A stretch of DNA of 64,000 nucleotides from Raillietiella orientalis (lineage: Eukaryota). The notes beneath the pieces were generated by a model. The model did not search any database and was not told the origin of the DNA. It worked only from the letters and a program-made list of their open reading frames with translations. Both the position numbers and the translations under genes were made by a program. The stretch is from assembly GCA_036172245.1 (NCBI GenBank), contig JAYWIR010000030.1, positions 248,001 through 312,000 on the forward strand, given 5' to 3'. This document shows, piece after piece, positions 1 to 14,200 of this stretch (the first letter of the stretch is position 1; each line of letters opens with the position of its first letter).

Positions 1-969
1 AAGGGACGCCGTTCCTTTTTTTTTTTTTTTGAAGGGAAAAAAAAAAAAAAAACAATGCTAAGGGAATCCGGCTAAATTAAAAGACGTGCATGTGTTTTGT
101 ACTATTAGATTATTTAGACATTTTACATTTTGTTTCAGCAAACTAGTATACAGTGTAGTAATATTTCCTCTCCGTCGAATTCGGCTCAAAAGGCAAAATG
201 TGTTGGGGTATAATCGGATTTTTGTAGCCTTCACCTGTGCTGTTCGTCTTGACTTCCAAACATTCGGTGCAAAAAAAAAAAAAAAAGAAGAAGAAGAAGA
301 AGAAAGAAAAGAAAAAGAAAACCGAAAGAATTTCCAAGTGCATCCAATTACAGTTATAAATTCAAAAACCATATGATTTATTGGCTGAAAGATAAGCAAT
401 GCCATTAGTAATCTGGTAAAGCCATAAGCTACAACCTCAGACGTTTTAAGATCTTCGGTCGTTCATCGTTATATCAAAATGCATATTTGCCTTAATTACG
501 ATTCCACTTACCGTGCATGGGAGAGACCCGCTCGAAATCGGCACATGCCTCAGCTATTTGTGCTCCGAAGACCTCTGGAGCTCTAAGCAAGAGCTTTGTG
601 CCATTTCCGCGAAAGCCCCGATTTTCCTCCGAGACCATCACCGTCAGCCTGAATGCCCATCCCAGGAGCGGGATCCTCTGGTTTCCATGCCCAGGAGTCA
701 AAGAAGGCGGAAGTAGGAGGTTGGTGTCCCTTCGACCGTACCCGGGGTGCTCTGGCGCCGTTGAGGATGCCCCATCCGATCGCCTCCAGCCGGTTCGCAA
801 CTGTGGATCCGAGTGATGTTTGGAAACGCAGAGGGGGAGCGAACCAAAACAAGAAGTGGACTTTGGTGTTTATATAGATGCTAAACAACAGCATCATTTG
901 CCTGGGCGGTTTACGATATTTTGGATACAATCTTTTCTTTATTGTCGTACTTTCTGTCCTTAAATCATT

Positions 970-972
<3 letters not shown>

Positions 973-1000
<28 letters not shown>

Positions 1001-1026
1001 AAGTGTGTAAGTGTGTGTGTGTGTGT
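973..1026. repeat. (GT)n microsatellite, interrupted
   Basis: GT dinucleotide run with two AA interruptions. Confidence 0.95.
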
Positions 1027-3416
1027 TCGAATCTCTCTGGCTTGTTTGTAGCCGCATTTTGATCTGAGAGACGATTGAAGTGAGACACCATGGAAACCGC
1101 CGAAAGTAATTCCGTTTCGACAGTTGGGCCGTAAATTCGGCAATTATAGAACATGCTGACAAATAAGGCATGGGAAATATTTCCACAGATCGAAGGAGCA
1201 ACCGCTCCTTCAGCCGCTGTCCAATAGCGGACTCGACATTTTCCCTTTTCTGACACGCTTTCAGCGGAACCTTCTCTTTCTCTCTTCCTTTTTCGTCGTC
1301 TTGGAAACCTGTCCCGGCACGGGGATGGAAGGCGGCAGTGCCCTGGTAGCTGGAAGGATCTTTTCGCGTCCATCTTCTCTGCGACCGCTTTCCGTTTTTT
1401 TTTTTTTTTTTGGTTTTTTGGTTTTTTAATGGCTCCCCCCCGCGAGCAGGTAGGCCAAGAGCGGCCCATTGCATTGTTGGTCCTATTGTTTGTCGTGCAT
1501 GGATGAGCGGCCCCATCCTTTGGGCACCGAACGCCGACCACGGAGGTGTCGAACGCCGTGGAGGGAGCGTTTCCCCCGATTTTTTTTCTTTATCTTCCGC
1601 TTTATCAAGGTGCTATCACGAACCCGATAAAGACAAACCATCCAAATTGGAACCCCCAAATTTTCTGCCTCAAGATTACTTATTCAGCTTTCGATAACTA
1701 ATGCATGTTTTTCCTTTTTCCTTTGCATCTGTTTAATAATTACTGCAATCAGTATTTCGGGGAGATCTTATTCTCTTCGACAACGCGTAAACAACGTGTA
1801 GCGCCATCCTTCTTCCGTGAGACCTGTGGCCAGGAAAAGAATTCGGAGTGCGGTAGGAACCGAGGGAGCTTTTCTTTCTTTTAAGGTTGTCTGTTTATTG
1901 AACGTTAGCACGTGTAATGATGAGGAAGAGGAGAGAGAGGAAGAGGGGGGGGGGGAGAGGGAGAGAGAGAGAGAGACAAAAGAGAAGAAAGAGAAGAAAA
2001 AAAAAAACCTTCGTGTTCTCTGATAATGGAGAGTTGTTGAAATGGTATTTGGCGGTGTCCGATGCGGCTGCGAACTCTTAAAAGCTCACGAGAAAGCTGA
2101 AAGTGAAAAATGGGACCCATCCGCGAGTAGCCCTATGTCTAGAGGAGTTTGCCCACTTTGCGAAACGTTGGGATGTGCGTGTCCCAGTGCTGGGGGAAGA
2201 AAGCGCAGCTCGAGATCATCCTTGCTCGTGCGGCATGGGTGATCGGATGGATGGGTGGGTGGCCCCCCCCCTTTCGTGAGTTGGCGGCGCATCTCGGCTC
2301 CACGCAGTGGCTCTGCCAAACTCTGCATGAACTTCGTTGCAAGTGATGCCGGCGCAGGGTTGGCGCTAATGGAAAGCGCCTTCTTATCTCGGGTTGTTGG
2401 TTGTGCCTTCCTATCCTCTCCTTCCTCTGCTTTTTTCGTGACGCTCCGTAGTCGGGGGGGGGGGGAAGAAGAAAAAAAAAAAAAAACCTTTAGCAGGGTA
2501 CCTCCATTGGCAAACACCGCTATCGCAAATGCTCTACAGAAAAATGCACCCAGTCGAGGCGGAGGTATTGATGGATACTTTCGAAATAAGGACACATCAC
2601 GTAGAGGATGCGTGAATGTGTGCACATGAGACAAATGTCCTCCATGTTGAGCAGCGTGTTTAAAGTGAAGGAATTTCCAGTCGTTTGCGGATAACGCATT
2701 AAGAGAAAGATATAATAAATTCGCACAGGTGTGGGCGACCGACAACGCTCAATCGATAATGACTTTGTTTAAAATGAGTTAAGAAACATTTGCAGAAGAG
2801 TGGGGGTCGGGGGGTGGGGAGGGAAGGAAACGTACTTGCATAATGACTACTATTGCCAGTTTACGGAAAGCTTCCCTACGGGTACCCATTCGTAACTTTT
2901 GCTGTTTGCTGCACGCATCTCTTGTGCTAACGGTATTTCAACACGAAGTTAATGGCCGAAGAAGCATTGGTGCGCATTTCGGACGGTCGCCGTTGTTGCG
3001 CCATCTCGCGCCAGGCCGCGGAGTGGGCGCGCGGGGAGCGTGGCTCGTTCGCAGCAAGGCGAGCAGACGGAAACGGAACACGGTGAGCAATGTGCATCAT
3101 GTCACCCACGGCCTGGACCCGACTCCAAGCAGCGCGGAGGAACCGTTTTCCCGTGCGCGAGATCCGTGGTTCGGGGCTCGGAGTGGTGTTCCGGTGGGTG
3201 GGTGGGGTGGGGTGGGGAAATCACGGGCTGAAGCAGAGTCAGCAACTGTGCGATAGGCATCGCTGTGAAGTAACAGTTGCCTGCATGGTATTCGAGATTC
3301 GAATCGATCCTTCTTTTCTTTTCTTTTTTCCCCCTCCCCCGTCCAACTGAGTGGCAGTAAGTTGCAAACCGGCAAAGGAAGTTTCTTGGATAGCCCAGCA
3401 TATGTGTTCCCGTGGG

Positions 3417-3425
3417 TGCGTGCGT

Positions 3426-3506
<81 letters not shown>
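3417..3506. repeat. Compound microsatellite (GCAC)n(AC)n(AG)n(AGAGAC)n
   Basis: Directly visible. Confidence 0.95.
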
Positions 3507-6500
3507 ATCGTAGGTCCTTGTGGCTTACACAACTTACACGGTGGTGTTTGTAGTTGCCCTGGAGGACACCATCCACTTGTATTTTCGATCGAAAAGTACA
3601 CCTTTGTTTTCTGGCTCGAAGGAAGCTGATGTGAATCTATTTGTCTCGTGAGCTGTTTGAGGCAGCTCATTGCTCAGTCACCTACAAAGCTGTTTTCCCG
3701 TTTGGTTTATTTGCAAACCCAATCTTCCTTTATGCATTCCTGTTGTGCTGCTGCTTTGGGAGGGAGCGTCTCAGAACGAATTTTGTGGTCAACGGGATGC
3801 AGGGTGCGTTGGGCCGCTACTGTTCATCTGATGATTCTGGAGTTGGAATTCTCCTCGACAACAGTCAACTGGGAAAGCCTTCGGCTGCCATCCTCGTTGA
3901 TACATCGAGCTGTCAATGATCACATCACATTGCTTTTGCGTGTTGCCATCATCGCTTCGAATCAGCATCAGGCGGAACGGCAGGGGATCGAAAGAGTTCG
4001 CGTCTTCCCTGAAGGTCCGTGCAGGATGCTGAATCCGGCGGGTTTTCCCCACTTTGCTCCCGGTCCTGGTGAAGCCTGACGAAGATCAGACTCTTCCCCG
4101 TTCCGTGCAGTCATTTCTTCTTGCCGCAAGGAAAATTCTCCGCGGAATGCGCTTTTCTTGCCCGGGATTTCTTATCCCGATCGCAACTCTGTAGCTGCGG
4201 GTTTCATTCCAGAAATGCTCTGTGGCACTCCATGCGTCTTCACACTTCTAAGGAGAAAACTCGATCTTTTAATGAATTTGCACGCTCCAGGAAATCGGTG
4301 GGAATGATATGAGCCGGATGGTGACGCAGTCGTGCTCACCTACCTGAGGTTTCCGTCTGTTTGCCACGATTCAGATCCGCCAGAGAAGATGCACGGGGCT
4401 TCAACGTGAGGCGAGGTGGTGGCTACGTTATCGTATTAGTAACGCCATTGTGGCAGTAATAGAAAAAAAGAAGAAGAAGAAGAAGAAAAAAAAAACTAGT
4501 AGCGTGTCCGTGCGTCATTTTCTCGTGCTTCTTGAGCTCCTGCGATTCTGGCACGATCAGATTGGAGGAAGAGTAATACTGAATTTGCCCAACATTTGTA
4601 CGGTACGTGCTCGGGCATACCACACGTGTGTGTGCGGGTACGCACGCGCGTCTCATCTACCCTCCGTCTCTCAACATTACGCGCATGTGAAAGCGCGTGG
4701 GGGCGCTGAAACGGATACAGCGTGCGGATGCTGAAGCAACAAAAATGTATCCCGGACGGGTTATGCCACCTGGCTTCCAGGAGGGAAAGCCAAACGGCTT
4801 GTGCCTTAACCTGTTGCTTCAGCTGTTTCGCATGCCTGGAGAGGTTTTTGTCCCGCTCGCGTTCTCGGGCTCCCGAGGCACGTCTGAGAGAACCCGCAGA
4901 ACTCCATCACCGACGCAGGGGAACGGCTTTTTCCCCTGCCGTGTGCTCCCTGCGACTTGTTGACCGACAGTGCAGCTACTTTGCTTTTGCCCGCCCGGTT
5001 TCCTAGGTGGTCGAGCCATCTTTCTTTCCATTTCGTTACGATGTTGGTACAGACACACCTTTCGCCTCCACCGCCGTCCGAGAAAAAAACAAAAAAAAAG
5101 GAAGAGAAAACAAACAAACAAACAAAAGGAAAAAAAAAAAAAAAAATTCGGAATGGCTCTAATGGTCCTCCACCTCCTGCTACCACGAATGATTTCCTAC
5201 CACTTGTTGTTCAGTTCATCTTGCAGTGGAATCGGCTGGAGCAGCTCGTCTCGTTATGCTTGCAGCACATGAAACGTAGAATAAACACGAGCGTAAAATC
5301 CTAATCGTGAACTCACAGCTATTAATTGCGGTTAATCTTTCCGCCGGGATCTATTCGGTCAAATTACGTGCAGCTCCTTCTCCTCCTTCAGTTTGCAATT
5401 TCTGTGTTTCTCACAGAAAAGTTGGAAGGAACCTTCGCCGAATTTTCGAGGGTGTGAAAGGGAGGAAAACGATGCAAGGAAAAAGGCATTCTTCGCAGCT
5501 CCGTGAATGGGATACATGTTGTTCCTTTTTTTTTCCCTTGTTCTCTCTCTCTCTCTCTCTCTGTTTTGTTTTTTTGCCCTCTGCTTGATCAGCATCGAAA
5601 GGATCGAGAGCTGCCTATCTGCCAAAGATCCTCCGAATTTAGCTCATTAACAGACCACGGTGATCGCAGCCACTACATCGCAATTGGTATCTCTGCGAGG
5701 CTGCGCGAGCTTCGACCACGGCTCGCGGCCCAACGGGAAGCCCGCAGTCGGACAGGCGGCGCGGACACCCTCCCTCTCCCCCTCTTACCCCATCCCGGAA
5801 GCTCGCAACGAGCTGCAGGGATCAGTACTCCGTAGTCTGGCGGCGATTCCTCCTCAGCGACGGAGAGCGCCCGAAGATACCCCGCGTGCCGATCGGAGGA
5901 AAATGGAGCCTCCGCTCAGAGTTTTGCCTTCGTTTCCCCGGCACCGCCCGACTTCCACCGCTGCAGGTTTCCGTAGTTACGCCCTCCCTCCCGCCCGTCC
6001 GAACCGTAGTGCCGCTTTCTGCTCGAACCGACGCAGATCCTACCCCGTCATGATCCTGGATGACGGCGTGATTATCACGAAGCTCCTCCAGCAGCGGAGA
6101 AAGCACCAGCGCGTGCTACTGCGGAGTTCCGTTCGTCCCGGGCGAACCTTCTGTGATGTTCCCATTTCGCGCGTGCACTAACGTGGTAACCCTGCCCGCT
6201 TTAAAAAAAAAAAGAAGAAGAAGAAGAAACGGCGGTTGCCCTGATCTTTGCCAAGCTGCCCCGCGATCGAGACAAGTTTCTCGTTTCCCCGTGAGACGGG
6301 CTGTGAGCGCGAGGACCGGGTCGCATGGATACAGCCTCGGCAGCGCTCTGCGCTCGTTGTGTTGCAAGCAGGTTGACGAAAGCGGAGCACGCTTGCAACA
6401 GGCATCATCTGTGTGGATGGACTGATCCAGGAACGGTTTATGTTCCGAGAGAGAGACCATTCCGTTTCTCACATCCATTTTTTTTTCCCCTCTCTCTCTT

Positions 6501-7682
6501 CTTCCCTGAAGGCGATGCATCCAGGATGGGACGCGGATGTTTTCCGCACGGATTGCAGTGGGCCGATCGGTACGACGTTGTTGTCTTTGGTTATCTGAAT
6601 GTTCTCAAAGAAAGGGATGGGGGAGGGGAGGAAGGGAGGGAAAAGTCGTATGTGGGGTAAGGGTGGGGTTTTAAGTTTTAATTCGGATCAACCTCTCGGA
6701 GAGTCTGTCCGAATCGAGCGTGTTCGATTGGGAGAGGGAATGTAACGCTCTCCCTCCCCTCCCCCATTCCTTCTGCTGCGAAACACGCGTTAGGGCTCGA
6801 AATTTGACGCAGGAAAAGAGAGAAAGAGAGAGAGAGAAAAACAGAAGCGATTCCGCATTTCGAACGTTTCTCCGGATACGCTCCGACCGTAATGGAAAAA
6901 TCACCGATGTCGTAACGAAAAGAACAGCAGACTTCGAAATGATGCTGAAGCAGCGACCGAAATCGCAAGAGTAAGCATAAAGATTTCGCGATGGGAGATT
7001 GCACGCTGAAATGGGAGGACGTCAAAATGTTGAAACGACAAAATGCTGAAAACGAGCACGGGAGTTTTCCAGATTTCAAGTTTTTTCTTCTTCTTCTCCT
7101 CCTCCTCCTCCTCTGTGGTTTTCCTTTCGAACCTCATAAATATGCGTGGCAGGTAAACGACCTGTCGGTGTCCTCAGCACTGCAGACTCCACCGTGGAGC
7201 TGCCCTCGGGAGACCCGTATGACAGGCTGCGACCGAAACTTTGTAGCCGGAGTTGTCGCAGCGGTCATTTTCGTCGTGCTTCCCCCCCCCCCCCCCAAAC
7301 GAAGGCTGCGGGTAGCAGTCTGGGAGAGGGCACGCGGCGCCCGTGCCAGGCAACGTCGGGAGGAAGGGGGGGGGAGGGAAAGGGTGCCTCTCCCTTTCTA
7401 TTTCTGAGAGTATTGAGGGGAACGTTGTGTACCGTTCCCAAACAGACACACACAGAGCCTCGTTCTAGATGACCACCTCCTTTCCGAGAGATGTCGTTCG
7501 TGGGGTGGTCGAGTTCCCGAAAAGCCAGGGGACTCCTTTCCCTCCCCCGCTTCCGCCCCACGGCGCGCGCTGCGTCGCACACTCCAAGAGCTTCGCGTAT
7601 TATGCGCGCGCAGCGCGGAGCTGAAATTCGCCGCCGCGACGTAGGCACCTTGCCGGATGAAGAAGCAGCGATACTCATCTCG

Positions 7683-10626
7683 ATGGAGATTGCTGATCCG
7701 GAGGGCGATCAAATCCGATCTTTCCTCCAAGGGAAGAATGTGACGTAACAGCCTGCTTTCCTCCTCCTCCTCCTTCCCCCCTTCTCGCTCGTCCCGCGAC
7801 ACCAAACGTCGATGGGTTCCCCTGATTGGCCGTTCTTTCCCTCTTCCACCGACGTTCTCTCCCTTTCCCTCCCCTCCCCGTGCGAGAGGGAGAGGGTCGT
7901 TCCTCAGGTGCGTGCCCACAGTCCGGGGGCTGAGGGGAGAAGGCGCCCGTGAGATCCCCAGCGAGTGACCGTCCCTCCCTTCTTCCTTACCCCGGCACGG
8001 GGAGAGAACGGAAGGGGAAGGTCGAGAGCCGGGGGTCCCCCACCCACATCCCGTCCTCGGGAAGTGTGGAAGGGGAGGAAACTGCGTGTGCAGACTCAGG
8101 GCCAGTTCTCTTCCTGCCGCAAGGGTCCGCGAGCGTGAGGGGCGAGGGCGGTGGCGGCACCGCCGGCTGTCCTAATGCCCATTTCCCTCTTTTTCCTTTC
8201 GAGAGGAGGAGGAGGAAAAAGAAGGGAGGGGGGGAACAAAAGCCTTCTGAGCACAGCAGGCGCGTTCCCGCTCTGTGCGTCCCGGTTGCCGCGAGCGGCA
8301 CACCGGGACGCACAGAGCGGCAACTCCTTCCTCGCTACGCTTCATTTCTCTCTCGTCCCTGCCGAGAGGCCCGGAACTCGGGGGCTCCGCCGTTGCCCAG
8401 GAGGAGGACTCAACCATCGCCTAGCAAACCCACCCGGCGGTGCTCCACGACCCTTTTCCGCGTGCCTCGGTCCGCTCGCCCGGAGGAAGCCAGGGGAAGC
8501 GGGCTTGGGGCGGAGGGTTCCCCCCCTCCCCCAGTCGCGCTTGGCTCAGCTCCCTTATCCTGGCGGCAGGGGAAGGACGCGTGGCTGAAAACCAGCCCAA
8601 GGTCGGTGGCTGTCTCTGGATGTTTCGCTTCCGGGCCGCCACACGGAAGGGGTGTGCAGCAGGCCTGGAGGGCTTGTCCGTCCTCGCTCCCTCCGAAGTT
8701 CTTCTTCTGGGGCTGGCGCGAAGGTGAGCCCACATCTTCCTTCTCCCACCGACCCCGGAAATCGCATCCTTCGAGGAAGGGGCAGGAGAGATGCACATCT
8801 TTTCACTCCGCTGCCCGCAAGGCGCTGCGCCCTCCCACCCGCAGAAGTCTGCACCCATTCCAAAGGGAATTAAGGCTTCCGTGAACGACCCTGAGTCCAG
8901 CGATCCCTCAAGGCACGGAAGACCCTGGAGGGACGCGAAGGGACCGGCAAACGGCGCGGCAGCTTGTAGCGTGACCTCTGTATTGCTGCCCGTGGACCAC
9001 TGCCGGCCTGGTCTCCTGGGGCGCCCCTTCCTTCCCCTTTCTCTGTTTCCTGTCCCACATCCTCGAAGTAGGAGGAGTCGCAAGGGCGGTGCCCCAGTCC
9101 GCTGCGTCTCTCGGATGAGGGCGAGGATTGAGGGAGGGAATGGGTCGCTCGTTCCCTACGTCCTGGCCCACAGAGGCAACTTCGGCCTTCGACTCCTCCG
9201 GAAGCACCTCGAGGGTTGCCCTGGACCCTCCTCCCACCTGCTGGCTGGCAGGTATCACGTCAGAGGTCACGCCGCGCCCCTTCCGGTTCCGAGTTTCCTT
9301 CGAGATCGCCGACCTCGAGGAGACGACGGCTTGAGTGGTGGCAGCGGAGGAGGAGGTGCTGCGGTTGCAGAGCCGCCGCCCCGACGGGTCCTGCGAGGTG
9401 CGCACGCGCGACCTCTCGGGAGGTCAACCGCCGCGACATCTTTCGGCTGAGGACTGAGGTGGGGGAGGCGGGACGTCGCCACGGAACCTTCCCTTCCTCC
9501 AAATAGTTCTTCCGCTTCCTCGAGGGGCAGTCGCCCCCCCCCCTTCCTCTTCCTCCCCGAATGGCAGCCATGGGGCGTTTCCGTGCGCACCATGCCCTTC
9601 CTCAGCGATCCCCGCTTCCCTCCCTTATCGCTTCTTCTCAACGCTATGTCCACGCATCTTGCAGGTCTTCGAGGAACGAGTGGAGCCGGAGGCCGACGCC
9701 TGGACCAACGGCTCCGAGTGGGAGGACTCTAGCGACGTGGTGCTGCACGATAGGATGATGTCCGACTCCGGTCTATACAAGCACGAGCACTCGTACAGCC
9801 TGGCGGAGGGCTCCGGCAGGAGCAGACTGCTCCTGCACGCAGCTTCCTCCTCCTCCTCCTCCTCGCACTCCTCGATGATGGCTGAAGACGGTAAGGGGAG
9901 AGCGGGAGGGAGAAGCGTGGGGTACCCCGCACCCTACCTCGGGTGCCTTCCTCCTCGCCACCGTCCCGGTGGAGGAGCCGGGGAGGTTCCTGCATAGTTC
10001 GTGCGTCCCCGACGCCGCCGCTGCCGATCCTCCTCCCTTCTCTTACCACGTCCCCTCTAGCGGCGCTTCCTTTCATCTTTCCATCATAGATGCGCACGGG
10101 GAGGAGAGGGGAGGGGGGAAGAGACTGTCTGGGTGCGCGAGAGAGGCAGACGGTGGAGGCGGTGGGCGTTTGCGCGCCGACAGGTCATCATGGAGGCACG
10201 CCTTCTTCCTCCCCCTTACCGTCCCCTGCCTCCCTCTTTCGTTCCAGGACGCTAACCCATTCCCTCCCGCCTCGCGACTCTTCCTCCACATCCTACCAGA
10301 CGAGTGGGTGAGAAACTCCGCGATTGGTGAACTCGGGAGCGCACGCGGACTGACTGGGTTGCCCCCTTTCACTTCCCACCCGCCCTTCCTGGTGTGAAAC
10401 CGGAGAGAGAGGAAAGAATAGAGGGGAGGAATAGAGCCTTTCGCGGGAGCAAAAACTCTGCCTTCTTCTGGCCCTGGAACGCAGAGAGAAGTTCTCTCTG
10501 CGTTCCAGAGCCACCTTTTTCTGAGAAGAAAGCCTTACTTCTTTTCCACGACTGCTTCCTTCTACCCAAAAGCAAAAAAAGGGGAAAAAAACGGAAGGAA
10601 TGAAAAGACGACAAGCTCACGCGTCT

Positions 10627-10674
<48 letters not shown>

Positions 10675-11185
10675 CGATGTATGAGGGGGGAGGAAGGGGG
10701 AGACCGGGAAGTTCCTCTGTGGGAGCTCATACTCCCTGTGAAGCATCTGGAAGGACGCGGCGGCGATAAGAAACCGTGGGCATCCAGCAGGCAAAAAGCT
10801 CCGTGTCCTTCCCGCAGAGGGACACGGGAGAGAGCCCTCCGCTGAGAGGAGGCGGGGGAGGGCGCCGATACAGGAAACCCACAGAGACCCAGCAGGAGCG
10901 TGCGTGACGGGTGGTGCTTCCCGAGCTGCTGGTTTCTTTCCAGGGCAGCAGCACCCCTTCCGGCTGACCACGGGGCTTCAGACGCATGCATGACCCGTTT
11001 TCCGAGACGAGGACGACGCATCCGTCGTCCACCCCTAAACGGTTCGTGCGACGCGCGCATTCCTTTTCCCGCTCCATCCTCTCTTGCTCTCCTTTCCTTT
11101 TCCTTCTTTTTCGTTTCTTCCCCCGTTCGTGAGCGTGTGTTTGTTCTGGTTCTGTTTGTTCAGCACGTTGCGCAAAAGGCCGATT

Positions 11186-11220
<35 letters not shown>

Positions 11221-14200
11221 TGTGTGTGTGTTGTTTTTCGTGGCAGGAGTGAGCGATGTCGAACCGGTTTTGTCGAGAAAATCAGAAAGACGCTTCCGTC
11301 CTTCACGACCCACAGGAGAGGAGCAAAAAGAGGAAGAAGAAGAAGAAAAAAAAACATGCAGGAGCCGCCAAGATTTTTGGAAAAATGTTTAAAGATGAAA
11401 ACGGTGTGTCTTTCCGTTGATTTATCGATCTCCGGCGCCGTCATCTCCGTATGTCGGACGAAGTGAAATGTCGATTCGTGAGCACTTAATGCCCGGAAAA
11501 TCCCGTTTCGCACGTAGCGAGCCGCGCGAGGCGCCGGCCGGTTTCCCAGGGAAACAGGTGCAGGGACGCGCGGCGCGGCGCGGGGGGAGTGACGCAACAA
11601 TGGAGGAGTGAAGATGGCGGCGGCGGGGCCTACGGTGGGACGGACGGCACAGGTTGCCCGTGCCGACCAGAAGGAAGCGCCCGAGCAGAACGCTGGCGGA
11701 GAAAAAAGCCGCGCAAGGGGGGGGGGGGGGAAAGAACAAAACGGATTACGAGCGCTGGCGGAAAGGAAGACGCCGGTGACAGAAAGTGGAAGTGAATTTC
11801 AAGGGTCGACGCGCGTGACAATTTAGCCCAGCGTTCTCCTTTGAGTTTTTGGGTTCTCTTGTTGTGTGCTTTATTTTATTTTACTTCCCCCCCCCCTTCC
11901 CCCCCCACGCACACCTCGGGAAGGTTTCTGAGCGTATGCGCACACCTGCGTTCTTCGTGATCCCTTTGCTTGCCTTGTGATCTGACCCTGCTGTGTTCCA
12001 CAGAGATTATTTTTAATGGAAAACCATCGTACTGGAGATGGGTTTGTTTTTCTGGAGAGAGGAGAGAGAGAGAGAGAGAGAAACATTCCAAGAGATCGAT
12101 CGTCGCAAGTAAGTAATGTCGTGCTCAAAGAACCGGCGAAGAAGCGCCATGGAAGATTAAGCGTGGTCGGGTAACGCTACAGGCCATCAAGGCTTCGCAT
12201 GGTGGTGGTGGGGAATTAATGAGGTGATGAAGCCGGCAAGCATTCTGGAAACGAAGGTCGTGCTCTACCTGCGTCCGTTTGGAAAAGTGAAACGTCCGAA
12301 ACGTATTCCTCCTCCGAGATTGGAGGAGTTTCCGTGATGCCATATCGAAGATCCTGATGGAGTATGATTTCCTCTGCTCGTTCAGTGTGATCCGCTATTG
12401 CAGTCCGTTTCTCGAGATTCCCCCAAAGAGTAACCTTCATCCAGTAGAGTGATCCCAGTGTGATTGATTACTCCCTTTTCATCCGCGCTCCAGCGTCGAA
12501 CGCTTTCCTTCTCTGAATAGGGTGAAAATTTATTCCCTTCTAACGTACACGCAGACCACATCGATGCACTTTCCTTGTGGGAAGGAGTACGGGTTCTTAT
12601 CTTCAAGTGGTGGGGGCATGGGGACATCGAATTCACAAGGATTTGTCGTCCAGAAAACAAAAAGGTTGAAAAAAAAAAAGGGGGGGGGGAAGGGAGAGAG
12701 GAAGGAGGGAAGGAAATCTGACAAACGAAGTTTGGTAAGGGAGAAATGGGTGCAGCCGTTACCCGAGATCAACTCGATTTTAGCCTCTGCACCACGCATC
12801 CTTGTTGCTCGGGTTGCAGCCGAAGATGATCGTTTTTTGGTTCTCGGCACGGATCACAAGCGCCATAATCGAAGCTTCTTGTTGACGTGCGTTTCCTCAG
12901 CCACCCGAGAGGTGGCGGCGGATCTGTCTCCTGTGAGCGCACGCGCGCTTCTCGTTTCATCTGCCCTCGTTTGAGCTTGAGAAGCCCTCCGGTGCAGTTC
13001 TGGGCCTACGAATTTCCGGTTGAGGTCTCGTCCCGAAGCCCTGCGATCCTTGAATTCCTGCCTGCAACCATCGCTGCAAATTTCGCCTCCCTCCGCTCCC
13101 CTCCCCCAATCCTCCTCTCGTACCGCTTGTGCTGCCTCGGTACCACTTTATTCTTCGAACGCACGCCTGGAGGCCCTCACCAAGGATCGCTCCTCCCCCC
13201 CGTCCGTCCGTCGCGAGATAGCTTGCAGGGATCGGATCTCAAGTTGCAATCCCCCTTTTTCCTTGCGAAGAAATCCTCCCCCCCCCACTTTAGGAAGGAT
13301 GCGCTTTTCGGAGGTGCGGAGGAGGAACACTGAGGGAGAAACCGTCGCCTCGTAGGAAGCAGCTCGTATCCCTCCACTTCCTGGGAGGGACGGGGCAGGC
13401 GGCAGCCCCCCTCTGGAGGCGGCGGCGGAGGTGCGTCCGCTGCGCGACCGGCGCGCGCACCGCTAACTCTTCGCGGCGCGCCAGTGGGAGCCCGGAGCCC
13501 GTCGAGGACTCCTACATGCTTCGGGTTCAGAGTTCGAAGGGCCGCCCGTCTGGAGATTAGGGATTCGGGCTAGGATTATCTGGATTCCCTTCGTACTTGC
13601 GGATGCTTCCGGGAGCGCGTGGACAGCCAGGCGGCGCGGCTGCCGAGGAGAGCGCGCACAGCCTCTCTTCTCCTCTCGCGTGCTCTCTTCCCCTCTCTCG
13701 CGCACCCCGGCAGCTGATGGAGCTGCTGCGCGGCGGCAGCTCCCATCTATCCCTGCATGCGATGGCTCTCCCGCCCGCTTCCGCGCGCGCGAGCGCTCCC
13801 ACCAGGCCGCCTCGCGTCAGCGCCGAGGAATCCGGCACAGGGAGGGGAGAGGGGTGCAGGAACCGCTCCCTTGAGCCTTCTGTCTCCCATGCCGCCGCGG
13901 GGGAAACGGGTGCGCAGGGAGTTTCGCTTGCCGCTTCCGAGCGGTCACCCAGGGCAACGCAGGGGGCTCACCGGGCATCCTTCCTTCCCCAGACATGGAA
14001 AAGGAGTGCTTTCCCGCCATCTCCATGAAGTGCGAGGAGGACTCGGCCGAACCTCGGATCGTCGTCAAGGGCGAGCCGGTCAGCAGATCCAACTCCCCCG
14101 AGATGGAGGTTCTGCAAGAGAAGAGCCGGTACCTGAAGCTGGTGAGGAGGAGGCGCCTCGCGTGCGTTCCCCCGATCGGAGCCCGCTTGCCCCTACTCCG

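Noticed and set aside
374..396. Exd/Hox (TGATTTAT) and GATA sites as an enhancer of the bZIP gene
   Set aside because: Short motifs expected by chance; not supportable without conservation data.
6892..6976. Possible alternative coding first exon of the bZIP gene (donor GTAAGC at 6971)
   Set aside because: The ATG frame is out of phase with exon 2, and the matching frame has no ATG after a TAA.
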